NCBI GenBank assembly: GCA_002269645.1
Contig: NIVC01000073.1
Coordinates: forward strand, 124,001-188,000
DNA length: 64,000 nucleotides
Direction of reading: 5' to 3'
Source of the DNA: Macrostomum lignano
Lineage: Eukaryota
In this document: one piece after another, positions 24,969 to 38,679 of the stretch
How positions within the stretch are numbered: position 1 is the first letter of the stretch
How the letters are laid out: each line of letters opens with the position of its first letter
Made by a program: the position numbers and the translations under genes
The notes under the pieces: generated by a model
The model's input: the letters and a program-made list of their open reading frames with translations, nothing else
What the model was told of the DNA's origin: nothing
Databases searched by the model: none

Positions 24969-25291
24969 ATGGACAGAGGCACCGGGCTGCCCAGCGGCCT
25001 GTCGCAGGAGTTCAACCTCACCTGCGCGTCGCCCATTTCTCAACTGATGCGACACCTTCGCAATGAGAGCTCCTGCCGTTTGAGTCCCGCCGAAAGCAAT
25101 CTGGAGTTCGTTCTCACATTCTACCTGCCCGCGATTCTCTGCCTCACAGGCCTGTGTCTCAACTCCGTGAACTTCAGCGTGTTTCGCCGGCAGCATTTTG
25201 ATGGCCCGGCCTATGCCTACATGGCCGCGATCTCCATGGTTGATGCGCTGTTTCTCGGGATATACTTTGTCTATATCTTGTCGGCGCTTAG
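24969..25291 (+). CDS. Class A peptide GPCR 2 (FMRFamide/myosuppressin-receptor-like), exon 1
   Basis: N-terminus with NLT and NES sequons, TM1 (GLCLN), TM2 (AISMVDALFL); donor AG|GTGAGC at 25292, phase 2. Confidence 0.88.
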
Positions 25292-25304
25292 GTGAGCTTC
25301 GAAA

Positions 25305-26022
25305 CTGACCTGTTAGATTGTAGCTTGACCTGTTAGATTGTAGCTTAACCTGTTAGATAGTAGCTTGACCTGTTAGATTGTAGCTTGACCTATTAGATTG
25401 TAGCTTGACCTGTTAGGTAGTAGCTTGACCTGTTAGATTGTAGCTTGACCTGTTAGATAGTAGCCTGACCTGTTAGATAGTAGCTTGACCTGTTAGATTG
25501 TAGCTTGACCTGTTAGATTGTAGCTTGACCTGTTAGATAGTAGCTTAACCTGTTAGATTGTAGCTTGACCTGATAGATTGTAGCTTGACCTGTTAGACAC
25601 AAGCTTGACCTGTTAGACACAAGCTTGACCTGTTAGACACAAGCTTGACTTGTTAGATTGTAGTTTGACCTGTTGGATTGTAGCTTGACCTGTTAGACAC
25701 AAGCTTGACCTGTTAGACACAAGCTTGACCTGTTAGACACAAGCTTGACCTGTTAGACACAAGCTTGACCTGTTAGACACAAGCTTGACCTGTTAGACAC
25801 AAGCTTGACCTGTTAGACACAAGCTTGACCTGTTAGACACAAGCTTGACCTGTTAGACACAAGCTTGACCTGTTAGACACAAGCTTGGCCTGTTAGACAC
25901 AAGCTTGACCTGTTAGACACAAGCTTGACCTGTTAGACACAAGCTTGACCTGTTAGACACAAACTTGACCTGTTATACACAAGCTTGACCTGTTAGACAC
26001 AAGCTTGACCTGTTAGACACAT
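25305..26022. repeat. 20-bp minisatellite starting just after the GPCR2 donor
   Basis: agcttgacctgttagattgt on the left, agcttgacctgttagacaca on the right. Confidence 0.95.
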
Positions 26023-26529
26023 TTGTCTCGATCCAGTTGATAAAGTCTGTATAGGAGAGAAATTTTCACAAACGAATCATACAGAACTTCAAGAAGCAAA
26101 GCCGAGCGCTGATGCGCCAGGCATGCAGAGCAGCAATGAAAAATTCTCATTGCTACCGCTGAGTCAGGGACCAGATGGATTAAAGATTAAGGGGCGTCAA
26201 AGTAATCCGGTACGGATAAAAGGACAAGCATGCCATTAGATAATCTCGTGCATGCCAGTGTTGCTAAGGAAACAGTAATAAAAAGCGCCATTATGAATTT
26301 CATTTTCCTGGCAATTCTATAGAGAGACAATTGTGAATTGATCCGATTTCATTCCGGGATCTCTCTCTTCCCTGGATGCCAGCGTTTGACAAAGGATTGG
26401 AGCGAGTGGCCCTGTCCTACTCAAAACAGACAGAGACCTACTCAAAACTGGCTTAGTTAAGCCGCAGTGAAAAAAATGAAATGAACCAGAGAAATTAATA
26501 GTAATACGTTGAAGAATAGGGAGATATAG

Positions 26530-27935
26530 TTGAGAATCGATGAGAATCTCAAGAGAGATCGATGAGAATCTCAATAGAGATAGATGAGAATCTTAATAGA
26601 GATCGATGAGAATCTTAATAGAGATCGATGAGAATCTCAATAGAGATCGATGAGAATCTCAATAGAGATCGATGAGAATCTCAATAGAGATCGATGAGAA
26701 TCTCAATAGAGATCGATGAGAATCTCAATAGAGATCGATGAGAATCTCAATAGAGATCGATGAGAATCTCAATAGAGATCGATGAGAATCTCAATAGAGA
26801 TCGATGAGAATCTCAAGAGACATCGATGAGAATCTCAATATAGATCAATCAGAATCTCAATAGAGATCGATGAGAATCTCAATAGAAATCGATGAGAATC
26901 TCAATAGAGATCGATGAGAATCTCAATAGAGATCAATCAGAATCTCAATAAAGATCGATGAGAATCTCAATAGAGATCGATGAGAATCTCAAGAGACATC
27001 GATGAGAATCTCAATATAGATCAATCAGAGTTTCAATAGAGATCGATGAGAATCTCAATAGAGATCAATCAGAATCTCAATAGTAATCGATGAGAATCTC
27101 AATAGTAATCGATGAGAGTCTCAATAGTAATCGATGAGAATCTCAATAGAGATCGATGAGAATCTCAATAGAGATCGATGAGAATCTCAATAGAGATCGA
27201 TGAGAATCTCAAGAGACATCGATGAGAATCTCAATAAAGATCAATCAGAATCTCAATAGAGATCGATGAGAATCTCAAGAGACATCGATGAGAATCTCAA
27301 TATAGATCAATCAGAGTTTCAATAGAGATCGATGAGAATCTCAATAGAGATCAATCAGAATCTCAATAGAGATCGATGAGAATCTCAATAGAGATCAATC
27401 AGAATCTCAATAGAGATCGATGAGAATCTCAATAGAGATCAATCAGAATTTCAATAGAGATCGATGTGAATCTCAATAGAGATCAATCAGAATTTCAATA
27501 GAGATCGATGAGAATCTCAATAGAGATCAATCAGAATCTCAATAGAGATCGATGAGAATCTCAAGAGACATCGATGAGAATCTCAATAGAGATCAATCAG
27601 AATTTCAATAGAGATCGATGAGAATCTCAATAGAGATCAATCAGAATCTCAATAGAGATCGATGAGAATCTCAAGAGACATCGATGAGAATCTCAATAGA
27701 GATCAATCAGAATTTCAATAGAGATCGATGAGAATCTCAATAGAGATCGATCAGAATTTCAATGGAGATCGATGTGAATCTCAATAGAGATCAATCAGAA
27801 TTTCAATAGAGATCGATGAGAATCTCAATAGAGATCAATCAGAATCTCAATAGTAATCAATGAGAATCTCAATAGTAATCGATGAGAATCTCAATAGTAA
27901 TCGATGAGAATCTCAATAGAGATCGATGAGAGTCT
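26530..27935. repeat. 22-bp minisatellite (GPCR2 intron)
   Basis: Unit gagaatctcaatagagatcgat, with higher-order variants. Confidence 0.95.
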
Positions 27936-28479
27936 AAGAGAGGCTGGTTGGTATCTGGGGGGAGATGGAAAATAAGAGATAACTTAAGGGATAAATGGCA
28001 CAGCGTGATTGATGCACTTTCTCGATTGATGCTCCACTCGTTCACCTCTGCTGCTGTTTCTATTTTTGACTCCCATCACTGTCCCAGATTGTCCATAGCT
28101 CAGGAAATCACTAATTTCCTATACTACATGGGAGCTGTTTGATACATCAATAGCTGGTTGAGCGCCAGCAATATTGAGGGCTACGTCGTATTGCCTAGAC
28201 GCTGTGGAAAGCAGAGTTTTCCACAATATTATGGCCACATTGATTAGAGAGAGTTACCTGACAGTGATTTACGATCCATGTGCGCTCACGCAGATGCATA
28301 GTACTTTGCCCTATCGATGATAAAATAACCGATAGAAGCTTGATGAGTTAATTGTTACAGTCGATACGAGCTCAATGCGATTAATAAATCAAATGATTGG
28401 ATATGTCTTTATTTCTATTTTTACCTTGAAACAATGGCAAATATTTTGGCAAGTACAAAATCAAATACACGCATGCAGG

Positions 28480-28958
28480 ACTGTGGGAGGTAGCGGCACA
28501 TCAAAAGGCTATGGGAGGTAGCGGTATATCAAAGGAATGCGTGGGGGTTGCGGTACATCAAAGGACTGCATAGGAGATAGCGGCGCATCAAAGGACTGCA
28601 TAGAAGGTAGCGGTAGATCAAAGGACTGCATAGAAGGTAGCGGTAGATCAAAGGACTGCATAGAAGGTAGCGGTAGATCAAAGGACTGCATATTATGTTG
28701 CGGCACATCAAAGGACTCCATAGGAGATAGCGGCACATCAAAGGACTGCATAGAAGGTAGCGGCACATCAAAGGACTGCATAGGAAATAGCGGTACATCA
28801 AAGGACTGCATAGGAGATAGCGGAGCATCAAAGGACTGCATAGGAAATAGTGGTAAATCAAAGGACTGCATTTTATGTAGCGGCACATCAAAGGACTCCA
28901 TAGGAGATAACGGCGCATCAAAGGACTGCATAGGAAATAGCGGTACATCAAAGGACTG
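28480..28958. repeat. 30-bp minisatellite (GPCR2 intron)
   Basis: Unit catcaaaggactgcataggagatagcggca. Confidence 0.93.
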
Positions 28959-29034
28959 ACAGTGAGAGCATTGAACCATTTTCAGATCAAAGCAAAAAAC
29001 TCCTAAACACCTGCAACCCCAACCCGTCTCACAG

Positions 29035-30385
29035 GTGCTGGGACCACCCAGGTCGCTGGCCCTGCGGCACGGAGACTTTTGCCTACATCCAAGGCGGCCT
29101 GGTGTACCTGGGCGTCTACTTCACCAACACGCTGAACTTCACGCTGCAGACGATCTGCTCCTGGCTGACTGTCATTCTTGGACTCGAACGCTACCTGGCT
29201 ATGAAATATTTCCATTTCAGGCGAACCCGCTGTCACCGCACGGACACCAAGTTGACTATTGTGATTGTATGCGTCATCAGTCTGTTATTGAACCTGCCCA
29301 ACTCGTTCCATTCGCGAATTGTTTTTCGAACTCGTCAGAATCCAATTACCAATGCCACCAGAAAGGTGCTCAGCATTGAGCAGACTCAGTTTGGCAGTTC
29401 CACAGACTACAGTGTTTACTCGATTTTGAAGCTCGGCTTGTCAGCCATTGTGCCGTTCATTGTGCTGGCCGTGAACAACACCTTGCTGCTGTACCTGGTG
29501 CTCAATCACCAACGAAAAAACTACGCTAACCGTCAGAAGTACCTGTCTGTTAAGCGCGCCTCCAAGGTGCTTCAAGCTTCGTTGAACAGAATTCAGGCGC
29601 AGAAGAACCTGACAATCCTGCTGATTGTCGTCATCTTCGTGTTCCTCCTCGGCCAGGTGCCCAGGTCGCTGCTGATGAAGGACATCTTCTCCTACATCTA
29701 CTCGGCCTGTCCGTGCGGCAACACTCTGCTGTGGATCTGCTGCCCGATGTATCGCCGCCTGCATCCGGTCTGTGAGATCGTCTACCTGCTCTGTCTCAAC
29801 CTGAACTTCTTCATCTACGTCTCGCTGAACAAGCACTTCCGGTCGCACATCCGAATGGGCCTGGCGCCCTGTCTGGCGGCCTGCTTCGGTGGCGCTAGCG
29901 GTGCAGCGGCCAACGCCAACGTTGCTACTGCTGCTGCCGCTGCCGGCGCCGCCGCCGCCCCGGGCCGCGTCAACCAAGACATCCAGCTGGACCTATTCTC
30001 AGCCGTTGGCGGCACCACCTGCGACTGCAGCCAGCAGGATGTGGACGAAATGATGGACGCTTTGAAAGAGACAACCGCGGCGACGCCGATGGCGCACCTG
30101 CCGCTGGCGCAGGCGCGCTGCCTGACGCCGCCGAATATCATCTACGAGATCCCGGCCAATGGCAGCCCGACGGCGCAGCGCCGGCACTCCTGCGTGGCGC
30201 TGAGTCAGAAGCTGGCGAACTCGGTGCTGCACAGCATGCTGCACGACTGCCCAGCCAGCGGCGCGAGCTCCGCCTTGCTCGCCGCCAGCTGCCACCAGGG
30301 CAACCGGCCAGACGACGGATTCGGCCCCAGGGAGGAGCTGGACGACCTGTTGGGCCGCAGGACCGTGATGGTCAGCCAGCTGTGA
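29035..30385 (+). CDS. Class A peptide GPCR 2, exon 2 (TM3-TM7, C-tail); 557 aa total
   Basis: ctcacag|G; phase matches (AG+G = Arg). ERY motif, TM4 NLPN, TM5 IVP, TM6 GQVP, TM7 NLNFFIY. Confidence 0.9.
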
Positions 30386-30611
30386 CTGTGACTGTGACAA
30401 CTCAACGCCGCGTGAGCAGTGCGACTCGAAGCTAATAATTGTTTATGAATTTTTTCTCGGATAGACACACCATATGCAGACATCTGATTTGCCTCGCTCA
30501 TTGTTTCCTCTGATGGACACAAAAACTGGTTGCAGACTCATTTTACTGGAGTTCTCATTGTAGACACCTGTGTATCGCATTATCTTGTCTCAGCATATCT
30601 GTACTATTTTA

Positions 30612-31556
30612 GTGGGGTAGCGGCAACATCAAAGTGGGTAGAATTAAAGCAACAGTCTACTGATTTTCGTGGAGTAGAGGCAACATCAAAGGCGGTAGAA
30701 TTAAAGTAACTATTATTGATTTTCGTGGGGGTGGCGGCAACACCAAAGGCGGTAGAATTAAAGTAACTATTATTGATTTTCGTGGGGGTGGCGGCAACAT
30801 CAAAGGCGGTAGAATTAAAGTAACTATTATTGATTTTCGTGGGGGTGGCGGCAACACCAAAGACGGTAGAATTAAAGTAACTATCATTGATTTTCGTGGG
30901 GGTGGCGGCAACACCAAAGGCGGTAGAATTAAAGCAACAGTCTACTGATTTTCGTGGAGTAGCGGCAATATCAAAGGCGTAAAATTAAAGTAACTATCAT
31001 TGATTTTCGTGGGGGTGGCGGCAACACCAAAGACGGTAGAATTAAAGTAACTATCATTGATTTTCGTGGGGGTGGCGGCAACATCAAAGGCGGTAGAATT
31101 AAAGTAACTATTATTGATTTTCGTGGGGTGGCGGCAACACCAAAGGCGGTAGAATTAAAGCAACAGTCTACTGATTTTCGTGGAGTAGCGGCAATATCAA
31201 AGGCGTAAAATTAAAGTAACTATCATTGATTTTCGTGGGGGTGGCGGCAATATCAAAGGTGGTAAAATTAAAGTAACTATTATTGATTTTCGTGGGGTGG
31301 CGGCAACACCAAAGGCGGTAGAATTAAAGCAACAGTCTACTGATTTTCGTGGAGTAGCGGCAATATCAAAGGCGTAAAATTAAAGTAACTATCATTGATT
31401 TTCGTGGGGGTGGCGGCAATATCAAAGGTGGTAAAATTAAAGTAACTATTATTGATTTTCGTGGGGGTAGCGGCAACATCAAAGACGGTAGAATTAAAGT
31501 AATTATCATTGATTTTCGTGGGGTGGCAGCAATATCAAAGGTGGTAAAAATTTTAA
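30612..31556. repeat. 57-bp minisatellite
   Basis: ggtggcggcaacatcaaaggcggtagaattaaagtaactattattgattttcgtggg; 19-aa periodic ORF. Confidence 0.93.
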
Positions 31557-32107
31557 CCAGCTGATGAACCATGAATGTGTAATACATGTAATACTTAGTA
31601 AATAATCATTTTGCTTCGCTTTTATTATGTATTTTTTTAAAAACACTTAAGCCAGCTGCTTAATAACGCAACGAACAGATGTACTTTTTTAGCCTCGTCA
31701 CTCGTGACTTTTTTGTCCTTGCGTGCACAGTGCGGCATTATTTAAAGCTGTGTTTTCTGGTATTTACAATATGCCAGAATAAACTTAATGTTTTTCACGG
31801 AGTTCTAAAAATACACACCTCTTAGCAGCTGCGCGAGATTTCGGAGAGAAATTGGGCTCCGGGCATCGGTTGGAGCAACATCTATTTTAGATTTAGTCAA
31901 GTCTCTCCAGTTTCCATAGTTTTTTTCTGCCCGACCGACATTATGATTCTAAGGCAGCGAAGGCCGCCATGTATAACTGATTATGCAAATTTTTAGGAGA
32001 GATTTCTGCGAGAAAGAAATTAATGATTTTATCTCGCGCCAGTAAGTGAATGATGACTGCATTGCATGAATGCTTAACAGTCAAAAAAGCAGACTTCATG
32101 CGCGCTT

Positions 32108-33105
32108 ACTCATGAGTGGGTTTATGCATGAGTTCATGAGTGAGTTCATGAGCGAGTTCATGAGTGAGTTCATGAGCGAGTTCATGAGTGAGTTCATGAG
32201 TGAGTTCATGAGTGAGTTCTTGAGCGAGTTCATGAGTGAGTTCATGAGCGATTTTATGCGTGAGTTTATGCGTGAGTTTATGAGAGAGTTCATGAGTGAA
32301 TTTACGAGTAAGTTCATGAGTGAGTTCATGAGTGAGTTTATGAGTGAGTTCATGAGTAAGTTTATGAGTGAGTTCATGAGCGAGTTCATGAGTGAGTTCA
32401 TGAGTGAGTTCATGAGCGAGTTCATGAGTGAGTTCATGAGTGAGTTCATGAGTAAGTTCATGAGTAAGTTTATGAGTGAGTTCATGAGTGAGTTTATAAG
32501 TGAGTTCATGAGTGAGTTTATGAGTGAGTTCATGAGCGATTTTATGCGTGAGTTTATGCGTGAGTTTATGAGAGAGTTCATGAGTGAATTTATGAGTGAG
32601 TTCATGAGTGAGTTCATGAGTGAGTTTATGAGTGAGTTCATGAGTGAGTTTATGAGTGAGTTTATGAGTGAGTTCATGAGTGAGTTCATGAGTAAGTTTA
32701 TGAGTGAGTTCATGAGTGAGTTCATGAGTGAGTTCATGAGTAAGTTTATGAGTGAGTTCATGAGTGAGTTTATGAGTGAGTTCATAAGTGAGTTTATGAG
32801 TGAGTTTATGAGTGAGTTCATAAGTGAGTTTATGCGTGAGTTTATGAGTGAGTTCATGAGTAAGTTTATGAGTGAGTTCATGAGTGAGTTTATGAGTGAG
32901 TTCATGAGTAAGTTTATGAGTAAGTTTATGGGTGAGTTCATGAGTAAGTTTATGAGTGAGTTCATGAGTGAGTTCATGAGTGAGTTCATGAGTAAGTTTA
33001 TGAGTGAGTTCATGAGTAAGTTTATGAGTGAGTTCATGAGTAAGTTCATGAGTGAGTTCATGAGTGAGTTCATGGGTGAGTTTATGAGTAAGTTCATGAG
33101 TGAGT
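32108..33105. repeat. 12-bp minisatellite (gagttcatgagt)
   Basis: The source of the (MSEF)n and (MNSL)n ORFs. Confidence 0.95.
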
Positions 33106-33564
33106 CAGTATGTAGAGATTGGCAATTGGGTTTGGCAAAAGCAACTGATGGAGCAATATGGAAATTATTGGATAATGCGATGAAGCGGAAACAGATGCAG
33201 GAACGGCAGGATAAGCGATAAAGGTGAGGACACACTGACTGAGATTATCAGGGAAATAAGCGGAAAATACAGTGGGGATTTCCCCAAACAGCAGCTTGTC
33301 GTTTGTGCTTTTCCAGCTGTTTTGCGCTGACATTGGCGGTGGGAGCACTTCTTGCCAATGCTGGCATCCCTAATCTTCAGGCCCAAGATAAGCCACGGTC
33401 AATCATTTAATCTGCTCAAACAGGAAATTATGAGATTTATTAGCCAAAATCTGCTAGCGAGGATTTATGCTAAAACTTAAATTCGAGTACTGTAAATTAA
33501 TGTATTCATAATTTTTATTCTTCGGGTGTCGGAACGCTACGTTTTAAGCGATTAAGGATGTCTA

Positions 33565-34870
33565 ATCTCTTGAAATGTGAATTCAGTCTCTTGATCTGTT
33601 AATCTAGTCTCTTGATCTGTGAATCTAGTCTCTTGAAATGTGAATTCAGTCTCTTGATCTGTTAATCTAGTCTCTTGATCTGTTAATCTACTCTCTTGAT
33701 CTGTGAATCTAGTCTCTTGATCTGTTAATCTAGTCTCTTGATCTGTTAATCTAGTCTCTTGATCTGTTAATCTACTCTCTTGATCTGTGAATCTACTCTC
33801 TTGATCTGTGAATCTAATCTCTTGATCTGTGAATCTAGTCTCTTGATCTGTGAATCTAGTCTCTTGATCTGTGAATCTAGTCTCTTGATCTGGGAATCTA
33901 GTGTCTTGATCTGTGAATCTAGTCTCTTGATCTGTGAATCTAGTCTCTTGATCTGTGAATCTAGTCTCTTGATCTGTGAATCTAGTCTCTTGATCTGTGA
34001 AACTAGTCTCTTGATCTGTTAATCTAATCTCTTGATCTGTTAATCTAGTCTCTTGATCTGTGAATCTAGTCTCTTGATCTGTGAATCTAGTCTCTTGATC
34101 TGTGAATCTAGTCTCTTGATCTGTGAATCTAGTCTCTTGATCTGTGAATCTAGTCTCTTGATCTGTGAATCTAGTCTCTTGATCTGTGAATCTAGTCTCT
34201 TGATCTGTGAAACTAGTCTCTTGATCTGTTAATCTAGTCTCTTGATCTGTTAATCTAGTCTCTTGATCTGTTAATCTAGTCTCTTGATCTGTTAATCTAG
34301 TCTCTTGATCTGTTAATCTAATCTCTTGATCTGTGAATCTAGTCTCTTGATCTGTGAAACTAGTCTCTTGATCTGTGAATCTAGTCTCTTGATCTGTTAA
34401 TCTAGTCTCTTGATCTGTTAATCTAGTCTCTTGATCTGTTAATCTAATCTCTTGATCTGTGAATCTAGTCTCTTGATCTGTGAATCTAGTCTCTTGATCT
34501 GTGAATCTAGTCTCTTGATCTGTGAATCTAGTCTCTTGATCTGTGAATCTAGTCTCTTGATCTGTGAAACTAGTCTCTTGATCTGTTAATCTAGTCTCTT
34601 GATCTGTTAATCTAGTCTCTTGATCTGTTAATCTAGTCTCTTGATCTGTTAATCTAGTCTCTTGATCTGTTAATCTAATCTCTTGATCTGTGAATCTAGT
34701 CTCTTGATCTGTGAAACTAGTCTCTTGATCTGTGAATCTAGTCTCTTGATCTGTTAATCTAGTCTCTTGATCTGTTAATCTAATCTCTTGATCTGTTAAT
34801 CTAGTGTCTTGATCTGTTAATCTAGTCTCTTGATCTGTGAATCTAGTCTCTTGATGTCTGAATCTAATCT
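33565..34870. repeat. 21-bp minisatellite
   Basis: Unit tctcttgatctgt(g/t)aatctag. Confidence 0.95.
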
Positions 34871-35534
34871 CTGAATATGGCCATCTACTTTTGGAAGATT
34901 GCTTTAATCTAGTCGATGTCTACACCTATAATGCAGTTCCTTGTGTACAGCATAGTGTTCCTTTGTCAACCTTAACTGTCAGTACAAACTGATCAACAGT
35001 ACATGCCTGTATGTATAAAGGACAATATGTACCTGCAGTACTAAAACTAATGCCCATGGATCCATGGCGTCACTAAGATGCCCTCGGGCATGACACATCG
35101 CTATCGACCGAACGCGTTACAGTTGACTCTTTTTCTGCCTGTCTCAAAGTTTCTCGTCTACAATGTAGCATTTCTAAAGCATTTCAATTATTATTATATA
35201 GTGCAATTTGAGCTTTATCATGCTGAATTGCAGCAACCCTTGCGCCTGACTGCACCACGTTTTAGCTGTTCTAAAACACCTGTCTGTCCATTTTGTCCAG
35301 GTGCAATTCTGCTTCAACTTCTCAATCAATACTTTTGACAGGGTTATAATTTATTAAATTTCCATCGTTTAGGAGTTCCATAATATCATCTTTCTTCATT
35401 TTCATTGCTCCCTGTAGGCCTCTATTCCTCTAGACTGTTGAGAAACCGAATCCCATTTCCTGTTTCCTTAATTATATTCTTTTCATTCTCTAAGTCTGTG
35501 TATCGAGAAAATTTTACCTACGGGTGTACGTTTC

Positions 35535-36255
35535 TCTACCTCTCTCCTGCCTCTCTACCTGCCTCTATCTGCCTCTCTATCTGCCTCTCTACTTATCTCT
35601 CTACCTGCCTCTCTATCTTCCTCTCTATCTGCCTCTCTATCTACCTTTCTATCTGCCTTTCTATCTGCCTCTCTATCTGCCTCTCTATCTGCCTCTCTAT
35701 CTGCCTCTCTATCTGCCTCTCTATCTACCTTTCTACCTGCCTCTCTATCTGCCTCTCTATCTGCCTCTCTATCTACCTCTTTATCTTTCCTCTCTATCTG
35801 CCTCTCTATCTGCCTCTCTATCTACCTTTCTATCTGCCTCTCTATCTGCCTCTCTATCTGCCTCTCTATCTACCTCTTTATCTTTCCTCTCTATCTGCCT
35901 CTCTATCTACCTCTTTATCTGCCTCTCTATCTGAATCTCTATCTGCCTCTCTATCTGCCTCTCTATCTGCCTCTCTATCTGCCTCTCTATCTGCCTCTCT
36001 ATCTGCCTCTCTATCTGCCTCTCTATCTGCCTCTCTATCTGCCTCTCTATCTGCCTCTCTATCTGCCTCTCTATCTGCCTCTCTATCTGCCTCTCTATCT
36101 CCCTCTCTATCTGCCTCTCTACCTGCCTCTCTATCTGCCTCTCTATCTGCCTCTTTATCTGCCTCTCTATCTGCCTCTCTATCTACCTCTCTATCTACCT
36201 CTCTATCTGCCTCTCTATCTGCCTCTCTATCTACCTCTCTATCTGCCTCTCTAGC
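35535..36255. repeat. 12-bp pyrimidine-rich repeat (tctatctgcctc)
   Basis: Direct inspection. Confidence 0.94.
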
Positions 36256-37084
36256 TGCATCCTTAGCTCCGAGTTCACTCGCACTCGCTAGTCTCTAATC
36301 TTCACTGTCTGTCTTCGCTCTAGAAAATCTCAAATTTCAATCCCTCGAGAAAGATTCTCGAACCCATAGCTAAACCATACTCATCCAGCCAGCAAAATTG
36401 CTATTATTGATCTGATGATCTCAATTGTCATGCAATTTTCAAAGTAACTTTAACGTCTGAACCAGAGTCTACAAAAAAATAGTATAAGTCGAGCTGCATG
36501 CCATCTTTCTATAGCCCAAGTACCCAAGTTCAACTGTCGGTATACGCTATATATGCCAGGGGTTTTAGTCATTGAACGCATATGTATACCAGTTTTCTTT
36601 TGAAACTTTACAACAGCAATCCGGCCCGCTTAAGGTTTGTGTCTCTTCTCAGCTCTCTTCTCTCTTCTCTCTCTCTCACCCAAATCTCTTCTCCTTTCTC
36701 CCCCTCCTCTGGTCCGCAGTCACGCGCTAAGCTCTCTATCCGGCCCTTGAGGTAAAAAAGATGAAGGAGGCTGGGGCCGCGATAGTCGAGCCTCGAGTGG
36801 AAAGGAGAGGAGAGGAGAGGAGAGAGAAGGCCTCAACAACTGAGCTCAACAGGCTTCTACTGACAAATTAAGCCTATTTTTCTTCCCAATTCTCAAAGCT
36901 AGCTTTAGTGTATGCTTAACTAATCCTTTAACTGCTCAGTGAGGTCAGTTGTTCAGTGTCCGCGCCAAGGACGAACAACAACTCTTCAAATTTGCACGGC
37001 ACTGGTTTGCTTTAAATAGTTATATATGCATGTTAATGTTGTTTTGACTGTAATATTTGACCCACTTTACTGCTAAACTGCTAA

Positions 37085-37222
37085 AGTGGCGCCTCAGATG
37101 GCGTCTCAGATGGCGCCTCAAATGGCACCTGAGATGGCGCCTTAGATGGCAAAATGGATGGCGCCTCAGATGGCGCGAGGCACCTGAGATGGCGCCTCAA
37201 ATGGCGCCTCAGATGGCGCCCC
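37085..37222. repeat. Short 12-bp repeat (agatggcgcctc)
   Basis: About 10 copies with a GGCGCC core. Confidence 0.85.
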
Positions 37223-37557
37223 AGTCACACTGAATAGTAGAGCCCCTAAATTCCATTAGCATCATTTGAAAATGGCCTCCATAGTTGGCTGTCAGCTGTT
37301 CTTCTCATCGTGGGAAAAGAGGATTTCATGCCCGGCGCTTCCGACTAGGAAAGAAATCAATTAGGTGGAGCAGGGAACTGGCAGACGACAGACGAAAAAA
37401 TGCTGGGCATCCTGCTTGGGCAGATGAGGATTGACGGGTTCTCACGGATGCTGGCTGGCATGGGGATCATTGATCGATACAGGACCGGAACGGAAGCACG
37501 CGCTTCGATAATCACTTGATGGGAAATGGGGATGATGGGAGATGAGAAATCTACTGG

Positions 37558-38225
<668 letters not shown>

Positions 38226-38679
38226 TAGCTCGCAGGCTCTCCCTGCAGTCCTGGAGTAGCCGCTCAGCGCATTGTGTTTCGCAACTGAGCATGGAAAAAC
38301 GAAAAAATCTCTAAGTGGATTGAGTTGAGTTTAGCGCTCACTGAGCCGCTTGCCAGCACTCCAAAAATGGCTATAGCAGCTTTTTCAACCCTCAGACCTG
38401 TGCCGCTTGCACACCCTCACCGCCGCTCACGTGCTCAGCCAGAATCTTCCTTGAAACGCCCTGTTGAACAGCGGTTAGCATCGATCCCCCCGCCTCCACC
38501 CCTTCCAGCTCTGGGCCGCTGGCGGAGCTGCAAGCCCTGCTGCCGATGAGGGAATTGAGCTACTCAGCAAAGCTCTTGATGCCCGGGCCTCCCGTCTCCA
38601 GCCAGCATTGACTATTCAGAGCGCAATCGCTTCTGGCACTGCCAAGCCTAACAGCCATTTCACTCCTCAATTTCACCAC

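Noticed and set aside
29441-30522. Minus-strand ORFs overlapping GPCR2, and plus-strand ORFs overlapping neprilysin (44113-45916)
   Set aside because: Antisense shadows of GC-rich coding sequence.
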